A stretch of DNA of 64,000 nt from assembly GCF_964204645.1 (NCBI RefSeq), contig NW_027437471.1, positions 1-64,000 of the forward strand, written 5' to 3'. The position numbers and the translations under genes are program-made. The DNA comes from Tubulanus polymorphus. Taxonomy: Eukaryota > Animalia > Nemertea. Of the stretch, positions 1 through 13,317 are shown piece after piece; the first letter of the stretch is position 1; each line of letters begins with the position of its first letter. Below the pieces are notes generated by a model. That model had not been told where the DNA came from, made no database searches, and saw only the letters and a program-made list of their open reading frames with translations.

Positions 1-332
1 CCGATTGCGACTGACTCTGACTGACTCCGACTGACCCCGACCGATTGCGACTGACTCTGACTGACCCCGACCGATTGCAACTGACCCCTACTGACTCCGA
101 CCGATTGCGACTGACTCTGACTGACTCCGACTGACCCCGACCGATTGCAACTGACCCCTACTGACCCCGACCGATTGCGACTGACTCTGACTGACCCCGA
201 CCGATTGCAACTGACCCCTACTGACTCCGACCGATTGCGACTGACTCTGACTGACTCGACCGATTGCGACTGACTCTGACTGACCTCGACTGACTCTGAC
301 TGACCCCGACCGATTGCAACTGACTCCGACTG
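1..332. repeat. Minisatellite built from 10-bp CCGACTGACY/CCGATTGCRA/CTGACTCTGA variants (intronic in IFT88)
   Basis: Visible tandem periodicity. Confidence 0.9.
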
Positions 333-377
333 AATTTTAATTTTTATCGATAAAAAACTGGTTTGTTTGTTTTATAG

Positions 378-1856
378 GTTTGAAATTCCTGATTAGATTG
401 TGCACTGATCTCGGTTTAAAGGACGCTCAAGATTACGCGAATAAACTGAAAAAAGCTGAAAAAACTAAAGAAATTCGTGAACAGGTAAAATGTTAACAGC
501 TATCGTGATGACGACTGTCGCTGGAATTAGAGAAGTAATCTCGTAGGTATTATTTGTAGAGAGTAACCAGTGGAAGTAGACGAGGTAGTGCTGCTGGAAG
601 GAGAGATAGAGAAGGTAGTGCTGGAAGTGGTCAGTGTTCATTCATTCACTCTTTATTTAACTATTGTTATTTGTAATTGTTTTATCTATTATGATATTGA
701 TATAGGATTTGGATCGGCATCAAGATTTAGAGGCAAGATCAATAATTCACAAAATACATATATGTATAAAGGATGGTGAGGAGAGGGCAGGGTGAGGAGA
801 GGGCAGGGTGAGGAGAGGGCAGGGTGAGGAGAGGGCAGGGTGAAGTTTATGTATAGAGGATGTAGCGGAGAGGGCAGGGTGAATGGATGGTGAGGAGAGG
901 GCAGGGTGCAGTTTATCACTGTTCTCACATGAAATATTTTACAGTTCATTTTCACAATTGTGTTTTTTGTTGAACTCACTTTTCACAAAAACTTTCCTTG
1001 ATACTGGGGGAGGGGCTAGGTGATGTGCTAGGGGGAGGGGCTAGGTGATGTGCTAGGGGGAGGGGCTAGGTGATGTGCTAGGGGGAGGGGCTAGGTGATG
1101 TGCTAGGGGGAGGGGCTAGGTGATGTGCTAGGGGGAGGGGCTAGGTGATGTGCTAGGGGGAGGGGCTAGGTGATGTGATAGGGGGAGGGGATAGGTGATG
1201 TGCTAGGGGGAGGGGCTAGGTGATGTGCTAGGGGGAGGGGCTAGGTGATGTGCTAGGGGGAGGGGCTAGGTGATGTGCTAGGGGGAGGGGCTAGGTGATG
1301 TGATAGGGGGAGGGGATAGGTGATGTGCTAGGGGGAGGGGCTAGGTGATGTGCTAGGGGGAGGGGCTAGGTGATGTGCTAGGGGGAGGGGCTAGGTGATG
1401 TGCTAGGGGGAGGGGCTAGGTGATGTTTGACAGCGCTGTCACTCACTGCATGTATTAGCACACGTGTATTTTTAGATCAATTGAAAATTGAATTAATTGA
1501 TTGGTGATTGATTTTCAGATACGAGTCGTGAAGGAAGTGGAAATAAATCATCAGGAAACAGTAAAACACGTAAACTGGACTCCTCGGCAAAAACTCGAAA
1601 AACACATTTTGACGAAAACGGAGACTTAATGAAAGCGAAGCAACTAGAAATCGGTAAGAAATATTACCACCAGGGGGAGTTGTAGTATTGAAATGGTTTT
1701 GTAGTAATTAGTGAATACGTATATATTACAGATGCATCGTATAATGATCCATTAGGACCAGCAGTAGAACGACCAAAAACAGCAGCTACTCGTAACAGAC
1801 GAGATGATGATGAGTTCGCTGATGAAGAACTCGGTGATGATCTGTTACCAGAATAG
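378..1856 (+). CDS. IFT88: Intraflagellar transport protein 88, C-terminal exons (378-484, 560-629, 1519-1653, 1732-1856; possible 27-nt micro-exon 706-732 with GC donor); 5' part lies outside the window
   Basis: AG/GT-bounded, phase-compatible exons translate to LKFLIRLCTDLGLKDAQDYANKLKKAEKTKEIREQ ... DASYNDPLGPAVERPKTAATRNRRDDDEFADEELGDDLLPE*, matching the IFT88 C-terminus as I recall it; AATAAA at 1944-1949. Confidence 0.92.
777..910. repeat. 16-bp G-rich minisatellite (GAGAGGGCAGGGTGAG)
   Basis: Tandem copies visible. Confidence 0.8.
1004..1427. repeat. 25-bp G-rich minisatellite (GGGGGAGGGGCTAGGTGATGTGCTA, ~17 copies) in an IFT88 intron
   Basis: Near-perfect tandem array. Confidence 0.95.
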
Positions 1857-2019
1857 AACTCCGTTACCGCAGTAGAACTCCGTTACCGTCCATTCAATTG
1901 TTGTCGTTATTGTATTCGGTATTTTCATTATCAGTAGTTTAACAATAAAACACATAATTATGATATACAAATTTATGAGTTCATAAATTATTTTGATTTC
2001 CAACACTGTTATTATTGAT

Positions 2020-2425
2020 TCAGGGTGCTGCTGAATAGAGGATGTACAGGGTTGTCCCGGGTTCAAACCCAGTAATTACAGATGCTGATTCAGAGTGGTC
2101 CTGATGCTGAATAGAGGATGTACAGGGGGTGTCCCGGGTACAAACCCATGAGTGGTCCAAGATGTCCTGATGCTGAATAAAGGATGTACAGGGGGATGTC
2201 CCGACCGTACGGTGCTGCCGCTATGCTCATCGTTAGCGGGATTTTCATACACTAAAGTGAGTCAACTCTGGCAAGCTAGGGTTACGGAGGGTACATCGAT
2301 TGCCTGAGATGACTTTACGGTGAAATGTTTATATCAACAAAAGTGATGCTGAATATAGAATGTACAGGGGTGTCCCGGGTTCGAACCCAGTAATTACTGA
2401 TACTGGTTCAGAGTGGTCTTGATAC
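2020..2425. repeat. Degenerate tandem repeat family (GCTGAATAGAGGATGTACAGGGGTGTCCCGGGTTCGAACCCAGT), also at ~4025-4570 and ~16265-16880
   Basis: Same module recurs in three clusters. Confidence 0.8.
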
Positions 2426-4228
2426 GGCCATACCAGATGGCGAGTGTGATTCTAACGGATTAAAGAAGAGTCAGTGAGACTGAGTAAGAGCAATCTAGTC
2501 AGTTCAGCCAAATTCCAATAGATGGCGATAACGTTAGAAAATCTTGATATCCTCTCCTCGTCGGAAAATACACAAGTTGAGACCTAAAAACGACCCCCAT
2601 TCTAACATCTCCTACGACCTTAATAGTGGCCCTAGGGCTCTGAAACTTCTCAGGGACCTAGGGGGGAGGCCACACGACCACTAAAATCCTGGGCAGGGGG
2701 GTCCGTTGGGTCTGGGCGGACCCCGCCTAATCGTACATCAAAGGAGTCTCATCAACGAACCTGTTCGTTGTACGTTCGTCGCTCGATAGAATCGAGAGAG
2801 TTTTGCCCTCCATATGATTTCTACATAATGATATGCTGCAGTCACATGTATCATATTATCTCATGCGCGACGCCGTCTCTATAATGATATCACAAACATA
2901 GACCCGTCCAGTGAGAGGGTAGTCGCATCTTGAAGTTCCTTTTTTACAGATATCATTAAAAACGGCGATAAACCTTTATAAACACCCCTAAAACCTCAAT
3001 CAGTAAAGTATCGAGGATGAAACTATCCCTGGCTCGATATTTCAAGATATATGTAACAAATGGACCATCCCGCATCCCGCTGTCGCAATAGCTTATCCCC
3101 CTATTGTTACAACACAATAGAACACGCTACAATTGAAATATCCCGCGCACTAGCAATAGACGATATCCCCCAATTGAGATCGATTAGCCAATCAGCGGCC
3201 GCGTACTGGAGCGTGTCTGGGCTTGTCGCAGGCGCCGGGAAATTCGATTTCATCGAATAAATCGTAATATCAGTCGAATCGTGCGCCATCTTTCGCTATT
3301 CTGACTGGATTTCACTCGGAAAGGAATTAATTCAATCGGGAATCGTATGCTCATTACGGAGAAATTGTTTTTGGAAAGTATTAAGATTGTATGAACTAAA
3401 AAAATTGGAACGATTTTCAACCGAACTTTGATAGAAAATTTCGCCTGAAAACTGGATTTTGTGAACGTTTAAAGACTCGGACACGGAATTAAATTGACTC
3501 AGGATTGGATTAACTATGAAATAATTGGATCAGGTCGGAAACTGGTGAAAAGTTGCAGTTTTGTAAGTAGGAACATTTCTTAATATTAACGACTGTAATT
3601 ATGTTATGTTTTAGTATCATTAAAGGAAGTTTACAAATATCTTGAACATTCAGGACAAAGGATACAAACAGTTTCTATACCTGAATTATATACGTAATCT
3701 AGTACCGGGTATATACAGTTCATTAATACGTTATCAAAACTTTCAGCCGTTTTTTTACCGATCCTAAATACCCCTCCTTAAATGGGCTAGATATAATATA
3801 GTGTTTTTATGCGTGACTTTTGCATGAAATTTATTTTTTTTAAAGTCATTTGAACGTGATGATATGTTGAGCAGGGCTTTCAGAATAAGTCGTCGTCGGC
3901 TATGTCGGCTGTCGCATCCGACTAGTAAGAATCCTGTGACGGCTATGAAATATCTTGTCTGATATCAATGATAGTAAGAAGGCTGTGATCTATGAAATTC
4001 CTCGGGTCAAATGAGTTACCAAAGTAATTACTGATACTGATTCAGAGTGGTCCTGATACTGAATAGAGGATGTACAGGGGTGTCCCGGGTTCGAACCCAG
4101 TAATTACTGATACTGATTCATAGCGGTCCTGATGCCGATTAGATGATGTACAGGGGTGTCCCGGGTTCGAACCCAGTAGTGGTCCAAGTTGTCCTGATGC
4201 TGAATAGAGGATGTACAGGAGTGTCCCG

Positions 4229-4406
4229 ACCGTACGGTGCTGCCGCTATGCTCATCGTTAGCGGGATTTCCATACACTAACTAATGTCAACTCTGGCAAT
4301 CGTCGTGCTGTCCAGTTATACTCCGTAACCCTTGCTTGCCAGAGTTGACTAACGTTAGTGTATGAAAATCCCGCTACCGATGAGCATAGAGGCAGCACCG
4401 TACGGT
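4229..4406. mobile_element. MITE/foldback element with ~53-bp imperfect TIRs (ACCGTACGGTGCTGCCGCTATGCTCATCG...); paralog at 16551-16718, partial copy at ~2204-2320
   Basis: Terminal segments are reverse complements. Confidence 0.7.
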
Positions 4407-5371
4407 GAAATGTAGATATCTCAACAAAAATAATTACTGATAACTGATTCAGAGTGGTCCTGATGCTGAATAAAAGATGTACAGGAGTGTCCTGGGTTCG
4501 AACCCAGTAATTACTGATTATGATTACGAGTAATCCTGATGCACAGGGGTATCCCGGGTTCGAACCCAGCACTATTCTAGGCCTTTCTCGAAAAATGATT
4601 AAATAACGCACACACGACTTACAGCAACATTTATATATATTTATTCCTCATTGTCATGTAACGCACCTGCCTTTTTAAGAATAGTAGTTGGACCATCGAA
4701 TTGAAACCTTCGCATACCAGGGTAAGAAAGAAAAAATGAATTCCTCGAGTGGACACCAGGGGTCGCAGTTTCACAAAAAACGATGCATTTTTTAACTGAA
4801 TTTGTGAAGAAATTTAATCTGGATCAAATCTCACAAAAAGGACAAAACAGATGAACTTCATGAACTCAGTTTTTCTTTGATGATAATTAATCCGTATATG
4901 TGAAACCGTACCCTCGGTAGGATTTGGTTTATGATGCGAGGGTTTCAATCAGATTTAGATGCTGCAGTTTCGCACACTGAATAGCGAGTGTCCAGTTTCA
5001 CAGAGAAAGTATGAATCAATTTCAACTGGGATTTACGAGTGACGCACTGAGTGTGTGAAACTGCTGGCGTCTGTAATCACAACTAAAACAACACAGAAAA
5101 TTCATCTTTATTTCAAATAAAACAGAACAACAGTTCACACGAAATATTATAGTCACATAATAAAGAAAACCTGTCGATATTACATCATTATACAATATGT
5201 GTATCATACAATTTTTTACAAAACCAGACCAATAAAACTGGGTCGTGGGGTACAAACAATTACAAACTAATGCAACCAGTTATCGCTGCTTTACAGCTAC
5301 ATTTAATCTTCAATTTCAATTTTCACTAAAACTTTAAAACCCACTATATAGAAACTTAATAGAAGTAAAAG

Positions 5372-5413
5372 AGACAACATTTTGGAGTCTCTGTAGAGAC
5401 CATCATCAAGTCT
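5372..5413 (-). ncRNA. Degenerate PLE-type minimal hammerhead relic (paralog 18091-18134)
   Basis: Minus strand AGAC-TTGAT(G/A)A-T-GGTCTCT-AC-AGAGACT-CCAAAATGTT-(GT)GTCT; stems I and II intact, GAAA core mutated. Confidence 0.4.
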
Positions 5414-7799
5414 GAAGAATAACTAAAACAGGGAAAAACAAGTTCATTAGGAAAGTAAAGCGAGTGTTCAGTGCTAAGGTTGAGAGGTTTTGTTATTTTG
5501 TTCGTATAGGTTGTTCTAGTTATTTCTTCATTATACTTTTATTACTTTGATTCTTGATAAATGAATTTTGCCTTAAATTTGCATATAGCAGGGTTTAAAT
5601 TATATATTCTATGCCCGAGTCGGGCTATTATTCTATTAGCAAAAATGACACCACAGCTTTGAGAGATCAGGGGATCAGGGGATGACTCTATTGTTTTTAT
5701 GGATATGTGATACACAGTCAAACCATCATAAACAGAACAACAGTAGGCTGCCCATACCGGTCGGCACATATGAACCATATTCATTTGGCTTTAAACTTAA
5801 AAATTGCAGATCTGAAATAAGTGGCAGCATATCAATCTCCAGGTAGATGGCTGGTTCCTGTCCCTGTCAAATGGCAAATTGGTCCCGATCCCAACTTCGT
5901 CCTAGAATAGAGAAAACTTGCGTCAGGGATCATCCATTTATTACGTACGCATAAAATTTGAATTTTTCAACCCCCTCCCCCTCTATACGCAAAATCGGCG
6001 AATTTTTTCATATACATTAAGCATTACAGTAGCACTGACCCCTCCCCCTACCCTCCTCTCCCCCTCCCCTAATGCGTACGTAATATGTTCGATTGAATTA
6101 GCAGCAGCATCAGCCTCACTTCTTTCCGGAGAATCACACATAAAAATTCTGTACAGAATAATTATGATGAAATACTCACCATTTCTAAACTCATATCAGA
6201 TTAGTTCAGTGCCATCTAGCAGGATTTCACTTCCAACAGTCATTATGTCATGAAGTTAAGAGAACTGATGATTTTCTGAGAAAATAAATTCTTAAAACGA
6301 TAGCAGCAGCTTCAGCAACTAGAGCTTCTTTACTCTTTGAAGGTGAATATTTTTAATTTCTCCAGTTCCAATAAGTGTTGGGCGTATTGCATTCTGGAAA
6401 GAGAAAATTATGCCAGAAAATGGTTAATGAAATAGATAGAAACTGCAACTGTTCAATTGACAGAAAACCTACCGGGTTAATGAGTAGTTTATCACAATGT
6501 GTCGAGTATATGCAGATTTCTGAGAGGTTTGATGGTAGCTTTAGACTGCGTCCTCAAGTAAAACGTTGATACCTGCCAACATTGACCGATCAAAACATCA
6601 TTTTCTGGACTTGATTTGAAGATCACCACAAATTACTGCAATAAATCAATATAAAACTCACCGACCAGAATAGAAGTGATTGAAATTTCGCCTTCACTGA
6701 TTAATGTAGCTTCTAATCAGGAAATGAGTTTATAAATGTACAGTCAAACAGAGACTAGAATCTGTAGAGATATTTACCGGTACTGTATTGGTTTTGAGGA
6801 TCTAAAGCGATGTCCATCTTAAACAAATGTGAAGTGAATTCCCAATGTTTACTGTTCACAGATTCTATCAAGGGTTCCAGTTATTTCAGCTCCTAAATAC
6901 AAATTTTAGAAATTGTCAGTTAAGTTGTTATGAAATAAGAGCAGTTTCACACCAAATCAAACTAAGCCGTGATCTTTGATTGATTGAATGCTGGAAACAT
7001 AAACAGATAGAATAATTTATATAGAACAGTTCTCTAAAAATAATGAATTTCCAAACAGGTTTTACCTGCTACTGCTGCTGTTGCAGCTGCTGGTGGCGCT
7101 GTTGCTGCATGGTGCTGGTACTGCGGGTACTGCCAGTGCTGTTGCTGCTGCTGTTGCTGGTGGCGCTGTTGCTCCATGGTGCTGGTACTGCGGGTACTGC
7201 CAGTGCTGCTGTTGCTGCTGCTGCTGCGGTGTGTATCTCATCCTGTAACTGAGAGTAAAACAGTAATTTTTAGTTCAAAAATAATTAAAAATATCCACAG
7301 AGACTGTGAAGAATTCTGTGGAGAAATTCATTACCAGTTTTGTACTTACCTTTAAATGAGCCTGTTTAAATAGTAAATTCTATTGCATTCATTTCATTCT
7401 GAAAAGAAAAATAAGCAATAATCAGTGACAATAGAGCAGAATGTAACATCTCAAATTATCAATCAATCAGACAGAAACAGTACAGGATTTCTGTAGATTA
7501 AACTGCTGTACTTATTTCATACTGATTGAACAGTTACAGATACATGTAACATTGTGTACAGATACAGAGATACAGATCACTGCATTACTTCATCCTGTGA
7601 TTGAACAGTGATTTAATGTTCTCTCATCTTCATTAGATTCCCATCCATCTAACTAAAACATCAGAACATTTTAACTCATCTAACCTCCCGACCCGACCCT
7701 CCCAGACCCCTTCCCTCCCGGACTCCTTCCCTCCCGCCCTCCCAAACCCCTTCCCTCCCGCCCTCCCTGACCCCTTCCCTCCCGCCCTCCTGGACCCCT

Positions 7800-7970
7800 C
7801 CCTCAATGCCCTCCCACCTGGCCCTCCCTCAATGCCCTCCCACCTGGCCCACCCTCAATGCCCTCCCACCTGGCCCACCCTCAATGCCCTCCCACCTGGC
7901 CCTCCCTCAATGCCCTCCCACCTGGCCCACCCTCAATGCCCTCCCACCTGGCCCTACCTCAATGCCCACC
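7800..7970. repeat. 26-bp C-rich minisatellite (CCCTCAATGCCCTCCCACCTGGCCCW)
   Basis: Tandem copies; shorter in unit B. Confidence 0.85.
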
Positions 7971-9339
7971 CATCATGCCTCCTCAACTCTTTTGTCTCCT
8001 CTTCACACACCACTCATCTGTACAATAACTACAAAACGATTTGCCATTTTTCACGATCATATCAATTTCATTTATAAATCAAAATCCTTAATCAATTGCA
8101 TCATTGATGGGACTCACAGATACTTTCTCTACACATTTTGGAGGCATTCAGATGACCTCAAATGATCATATGCCTGGGTTGGTCTTGAAAATCACAGGGC
8201 TTCATTTTTACAGATGATTTCTTTATCAATTTCATCAAATTATTCCTATTATTTCTACTCCCTCTAATAAGTATTCACAATATATCTCAGTTTCACGACA
8301 AGTTGCAGCAGTCGTCTGTAAACAGATTTCATTTCATCAAATGATGCGAGTTTGAGTTGTAGAGGTTTCATCTACAAAACATCAAACTAAACCTGAGGAA
8401 CTTAATGTTGTAAGGGAGGGGGAGGTATATGGAGGGTTCACCCGAACCGAGGAAATAAACCCGAACCAAACCTCCACACTCACAAAATGTCGTGAGAAAG
8501 GCAAACACAAACCAAGGACAAGAATGATGGCTGAGATCAAAACAATTAATGCTATTTATGTTGCTTCACCAATTCAACATGACGTCACTAAATGGAACCA
8601 TTGTGGACTATTTCAATACTCTCTACCAGAGGTTTCATATAAGCAAGTAGTTTATGGAATCCTATTCATAAAAGTTATTAATCAATGTTTTTAAACTGCT
8701 GATGCAAAACATATACGTCATAAATAATCTGTTTGATTGTCTTTTCAAGTTAACACTTAAACCCAGTGGAACAAATCAAACTCCAGCCATTTTTCCTTCA
8801 TTTGCCATTTTTCGTTTTTACTCTTTTCTCTGATTTTTAGCACTTGAGTCGAGGTAGGAATAGACCCCTGCGCGCTCGCTAAGCGTGCAGGACACTAAAC
8901 CTTCGAATTGCTCTCGACCCTTCTCTTTATATTTCATCTTTTTTGAGTCGAGGTAGGAATAGACCCCTGCCCGCCCTCTAAGCGTGCAGGACACTAAACC
9001 TTCGAATTACTCTCGGACCCCACTCTTTATATCAGCATTTCATGCTGTTTTATTTTATTCACGCATTCGCTTTACATTTTTTCATATGGCTTTTCCTTAT
9101 TTGTCGTCTCACTAAAATTCTCATCAGTTCCGACAGGGATCAAGTTTAATCTTTTAGAGACAAACAGCAAAAGGTTGTGTTAGTTGCACCAGCAGCAGCA
9201 GCAGCAGCTGCAGCAGCACCAGCAGCAACACTGATACAGATGAATCTTTCATTAACTACGTCATTTGTTCCATTCTCAAATATTGAGTCATGAAGGCAAC
9301 AGAATAACTTTAAAAAACGTTAAATCTTTCATTTATGGC

Positions 9340-9720
9340 CTTGGTTTAGTGACCTAAGCGTCAAAGTTTGGTTCATAGCCCAGGTTGAGTGACCAAAGAG
9401 TCAAAGTTTGGTTCATGGCCCAGGTCTGGTGACCAAAGAGTCAAAGTTTGGTTCATAGCCCAGGTTTGGTGACCAAAGAGTCAAAGTTTGGTTCAAAGCC
9501 CTGTTTTGGTGACCAAAGAGTCAAAGTTTGGTTCATAGCCCAGGTTTGGTGACCAAAGAGTCAAAGTTTGGTTCATGGCCCAGGTCTGGTGACCAAAGAG
9601 TCAAAGTTTGGTTCATAGCCCAGGTTTAGTGACCAAAGAGTCAAAGTTTGGTTCATAGCCCTGTTTTGGTGACCAAAGAGTCTAAGTTTGGTCTATGGTT
9701 CTGATTTGGTGACCACGGAG
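9340..9720. repeat. 40-bp minisatellite (GACCAAAGAGTCAAAGTTTGGTTCATAGCCCAGGTTTGGT); paralog ~22410-22790
   Basis: Tandem copies visible. Confidence 0.9.
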
Positions 9721-10363
9721 GGTAAATATAGCTCATGGCCCTCGTTAAAGGTAAGTCAGTTTTATGGCTCTGGTTTGATTAGCAAATAACATGAGAAATT
9801 GAGCGTTGCATATGTTGAATAGGGGAATTGGACTAAACACTCATCACTAGAATAAAGTGAAGAATTATGTTCACACTGAATGGGCTCAAAATCTTGTACT
9901 AATTGATAAAGTCTGAAATAATTCTGACTAATTTGAGTCTATCGGAAAATGATGCATTGATCGAATTCTAAAAGCTATAAACTGACAAATTGATCGAGCA
10001 CTGATAATATTTTAAATAACAGCGGAGGATGAAATAACTTTCATAAACTGATATGATCGTGAAAAATGGCAAAATACACTAGATATCCCCGCTTTATCAG
10101 AGTCTCATTGTAGTAGGAAGATTGCCGTAGACTAACTGTAAAAACTACAACTACATCTGGTTGAATATCATTTGTTTTTACGGCTTTTAAATTCAGTAAA
10201 ATATTTCCTGATAGAAGTATAATTAGTTCGCAGCCCCTTAAATTCTGTCTAGAATAGAATTATAAGTCACGGGTAGAAATAGAATATTATCCTATTCTAA
10301 AATGAATATAATAATAGAACAATAGTCTCTCCGTGTCAATCTTTGTCCCACCTAAAAATTGTA

Positions 10364-11136
10364 CAGTTTATTTCAGAAAATATGTCCCATCTTTTTGAAA
10401 ACGATAACTTATTATTAAGGATATCTATGAATAGTGATATACTGTGCCATGAAGGCAAATGAAGAAGTGTGTCAATAAAAGTGATTACAAAACATATCAC
10501 TTATTCTAATGAGTTCTATACTCTTCTTCCAAAAATGAAGAGTAGGTCTCTGTCTAAGAATCTGCAGAAAAAAGAGGAAGCAGCAATGAATGTGAACTGC
10601 ATCTCGACTCTCGTCAATAATTTTGTAAGTCGTCCTATACAGTTCTCAGTATTTACAGCCGTTTTTAAAATAGCACAGAAGAAAATACATCTTTCAGCTG
10701 GAAATGTATCAGTAAACCGCCAGATATCAACAGTAATTATTACGTATGATTGTTGTTTCATTCAATTATTAATGAAACCGTGTTTTGATCGGAGCCAAGG
10801 AGCAGAACTTGTGATCATTCAAAAAATATCTCTCATTCCTGACCACATTAAATAATGGCCCTAAAAATTGAAACGTCCCAATTCAAAAATCTGGGGCAAT
10901 TATCTCATAACGATTGAGAGAAGTGACGGTGAAATAACGTGCGCACTCACCGGGGATCAAACCCGGGTCTCATAGAAATAACAACCAGTAAAATAGAACG
11001 AGTCCAATTGGCCGATGGTTATACAGCTTGTCATGCATAACAACTGAAACATGACATGTTGCAGTCACGTGTTTCATAGTGATTAATCATTTCTTAGAAT
11101 AATAAAAAGATGGGACACAATTTCTGAAATATCCTG
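10364..11136. mobile_element. Non-autonomous Tc1/mariner-like DNA transposon (~770 bp); paralog 23432-24202
   Basis: TA followed by a 33-bp TIR CAGTTTATTTCAGAAAATGTGTCCCATCTTTTT; right TIR matches 31/33 in unit B. Confidence 0.65.
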
Positions 11137-12490
11137 AACTTCAAGACTAAAACTACGACTAAACCACCTGTACCTGTACCTAAACCCTAAACCCCCACCC
11201 TATATTGCTCCCTCCAAAGTCCTAACACCACCCCTACATCCCTCCCACCCTCCGGGACCCCATCCCTCCCGGACCCCTTCCCTCCTGCCCTCCCTCCCAC
11301 ACCCCTTCCCTCCCGCCCTCCCTCACCCCATCTCTCCCACCCTTCCTCCCAGACCCCTTCCCTCCCACCGTCCCCCACCCCAACCCTCCCTCCCTCTACC
11401 CCTTCCCTCCCCCCAACCCTACCCACCCTCCCTAAATCCCGTGGTTAGGTGAGTTGAATGTTCTGATGTTTTAGTTAGACGGATGGGAATCTAATGAAGA
11501 TGAAAGAACATTAAATCACTGTTCAATCACAGGATGAAGTAATGCAGTGATCTGTACTCTGTATCTGTACACAATGTTACAATGTATCTGTAACTGTTCA
11601 ATCAGTATGAAATAAGTACAGCAGTTTAATCTATAGAAATTCTAACTCTTAAGATACACATGATCTGATTATCACGAAGGAACATGATTGATAACAGTTG
11701 TATTATTGACATCAGGAACCAGTTTCATATTGATTAGAAATAACATTTGAGTTGATCACAATTTAGAAAACCTGTAAACCCGCTTACAGAAATAACAATC
11801 CCAACCATGAACTGATTATAGTCAAATATTCATCAAAAGAAATTTGAAATGATTGAATAACTGCAACAGGTTTCTGAGATTTCATTTCAAAACATGGTTT
11901 ATAACAAACAATATAAAATTGGTCCCTTAAAATCAATTCAACACCCGATAAATAAAGATTAATGTTACTTATCTTGAATTTCCACATAGGCTTTAGTGAT
12001 TCCTGATGTCATGCTGAATCCAAGAGTGATTCCCGATGTCCTGTGCTAAATCAAAAAAAGTCTGGTAGTAAAACACTGATTCCTTGTTGTCCTGTGCTGA
12101 ATCAAAGAATGATTCCCGATGTCCGGCGCGAAACCAAAAGTCTGATTGTGAAACACTGATTCCTTGTTGTCCTGTGCTGAATCCAAGAGTGATTCTTGTT
12201 TTCCTGTGCTGAATCAAAATTCCCGTTGAACATGTTGAAGTGATACCTATAATAGACAAATCTTAGATTGTTTTCTTTCCTTAGAAATAACTGCAGAAAT
12301 ATCAAATCTAAAATTCAAACTTACAAATTAGATTGTTCGCTCCAATCTGCAGTTCATTTATTCACGGGGTTTTTCTATCCACAGTTTAGGTTTTGCATCT
12401 AGAGTTGAACATGAAATATAAACAAAAAGGTAATGAAAAAATGAAGTTTAAATATTATCTGTTTCTGAAACCAATGATCATGAAACCAAT

Positions 12491-12930
<440 letters not shown>

Positions 12931-12954
12931 ATATCACAGACGAATGGAGGCAAG

Positions 12955-13317
12955 TAGGACATCAATCCTCCTGCGGCAGGGACTCGAACCTGATGGCATC
13001 CAGATTGCCACGGTACGAAACCCTGCCACACTAGACCGAGTGCGCAGCAGCTACACGTGCAGCTTAGTTGATGTCATTAATAGCCAATTAGAAATTCAGT
13101 TTTATTTTAGCCCGGGTTTTCCCATTTATAGTTCTTCCGTGAAATTTACCTCAGCGATTAACGAGCAATCTGATTGGTGCCGCAAGATTTCGCGCGGTAA
13201 AGCTGCGCATGTACCTGCGCACCCGGTCTAATGTGGCAGGGGTTCGTGCCGTGGCTGAGTGTAGCAAGCGATGTCATCAGGTTCAAATCCCTCCCATGGG
13301 AGGATGTTGGTGTCCCA
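12955..13317. mobile_element. Foldback element made of two divergent tRNA-derived (A/B-box) arms; paralog ~25660-26020
   Basis: Arms are imperfect reverse complements, each with GGTCTARTGTGG and GGTTCRARTCCC. Confidence 0.55.

Larger units (their letters stand above)
7492..11634. repeat. ~190-bp inverted repeat pair (7492-7687 and 11443-11634) bracketing ~3.8 kb; paralog ~20750-24760
   Basis: GATTAAACTGCTGTACTTATTTCATAC...AACTCATCTAACC is the reverse complement of GGTTAGGTGAGTT...AGCAGTTTAATC. Confidence 0.8.

Noticed and set aside
3180-3570. Promoter/first exon (CCAAT, GCCATCTT, GTAAGT donor)
   Set aside because: Short motifs only; no downstream coding exons identified
6179-7400. Minus-strand exon-like segments with GT/AG signals
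   Set aside because: The segment I translated (6179-6275) has stops in all frames and no recognisable protein; a lncRNA cannot be excluded
10469-10855. 128-aa ORF as a transposase
   Set aside because: No DDE or HTH motif recognised; C-terminus differs in the paralog
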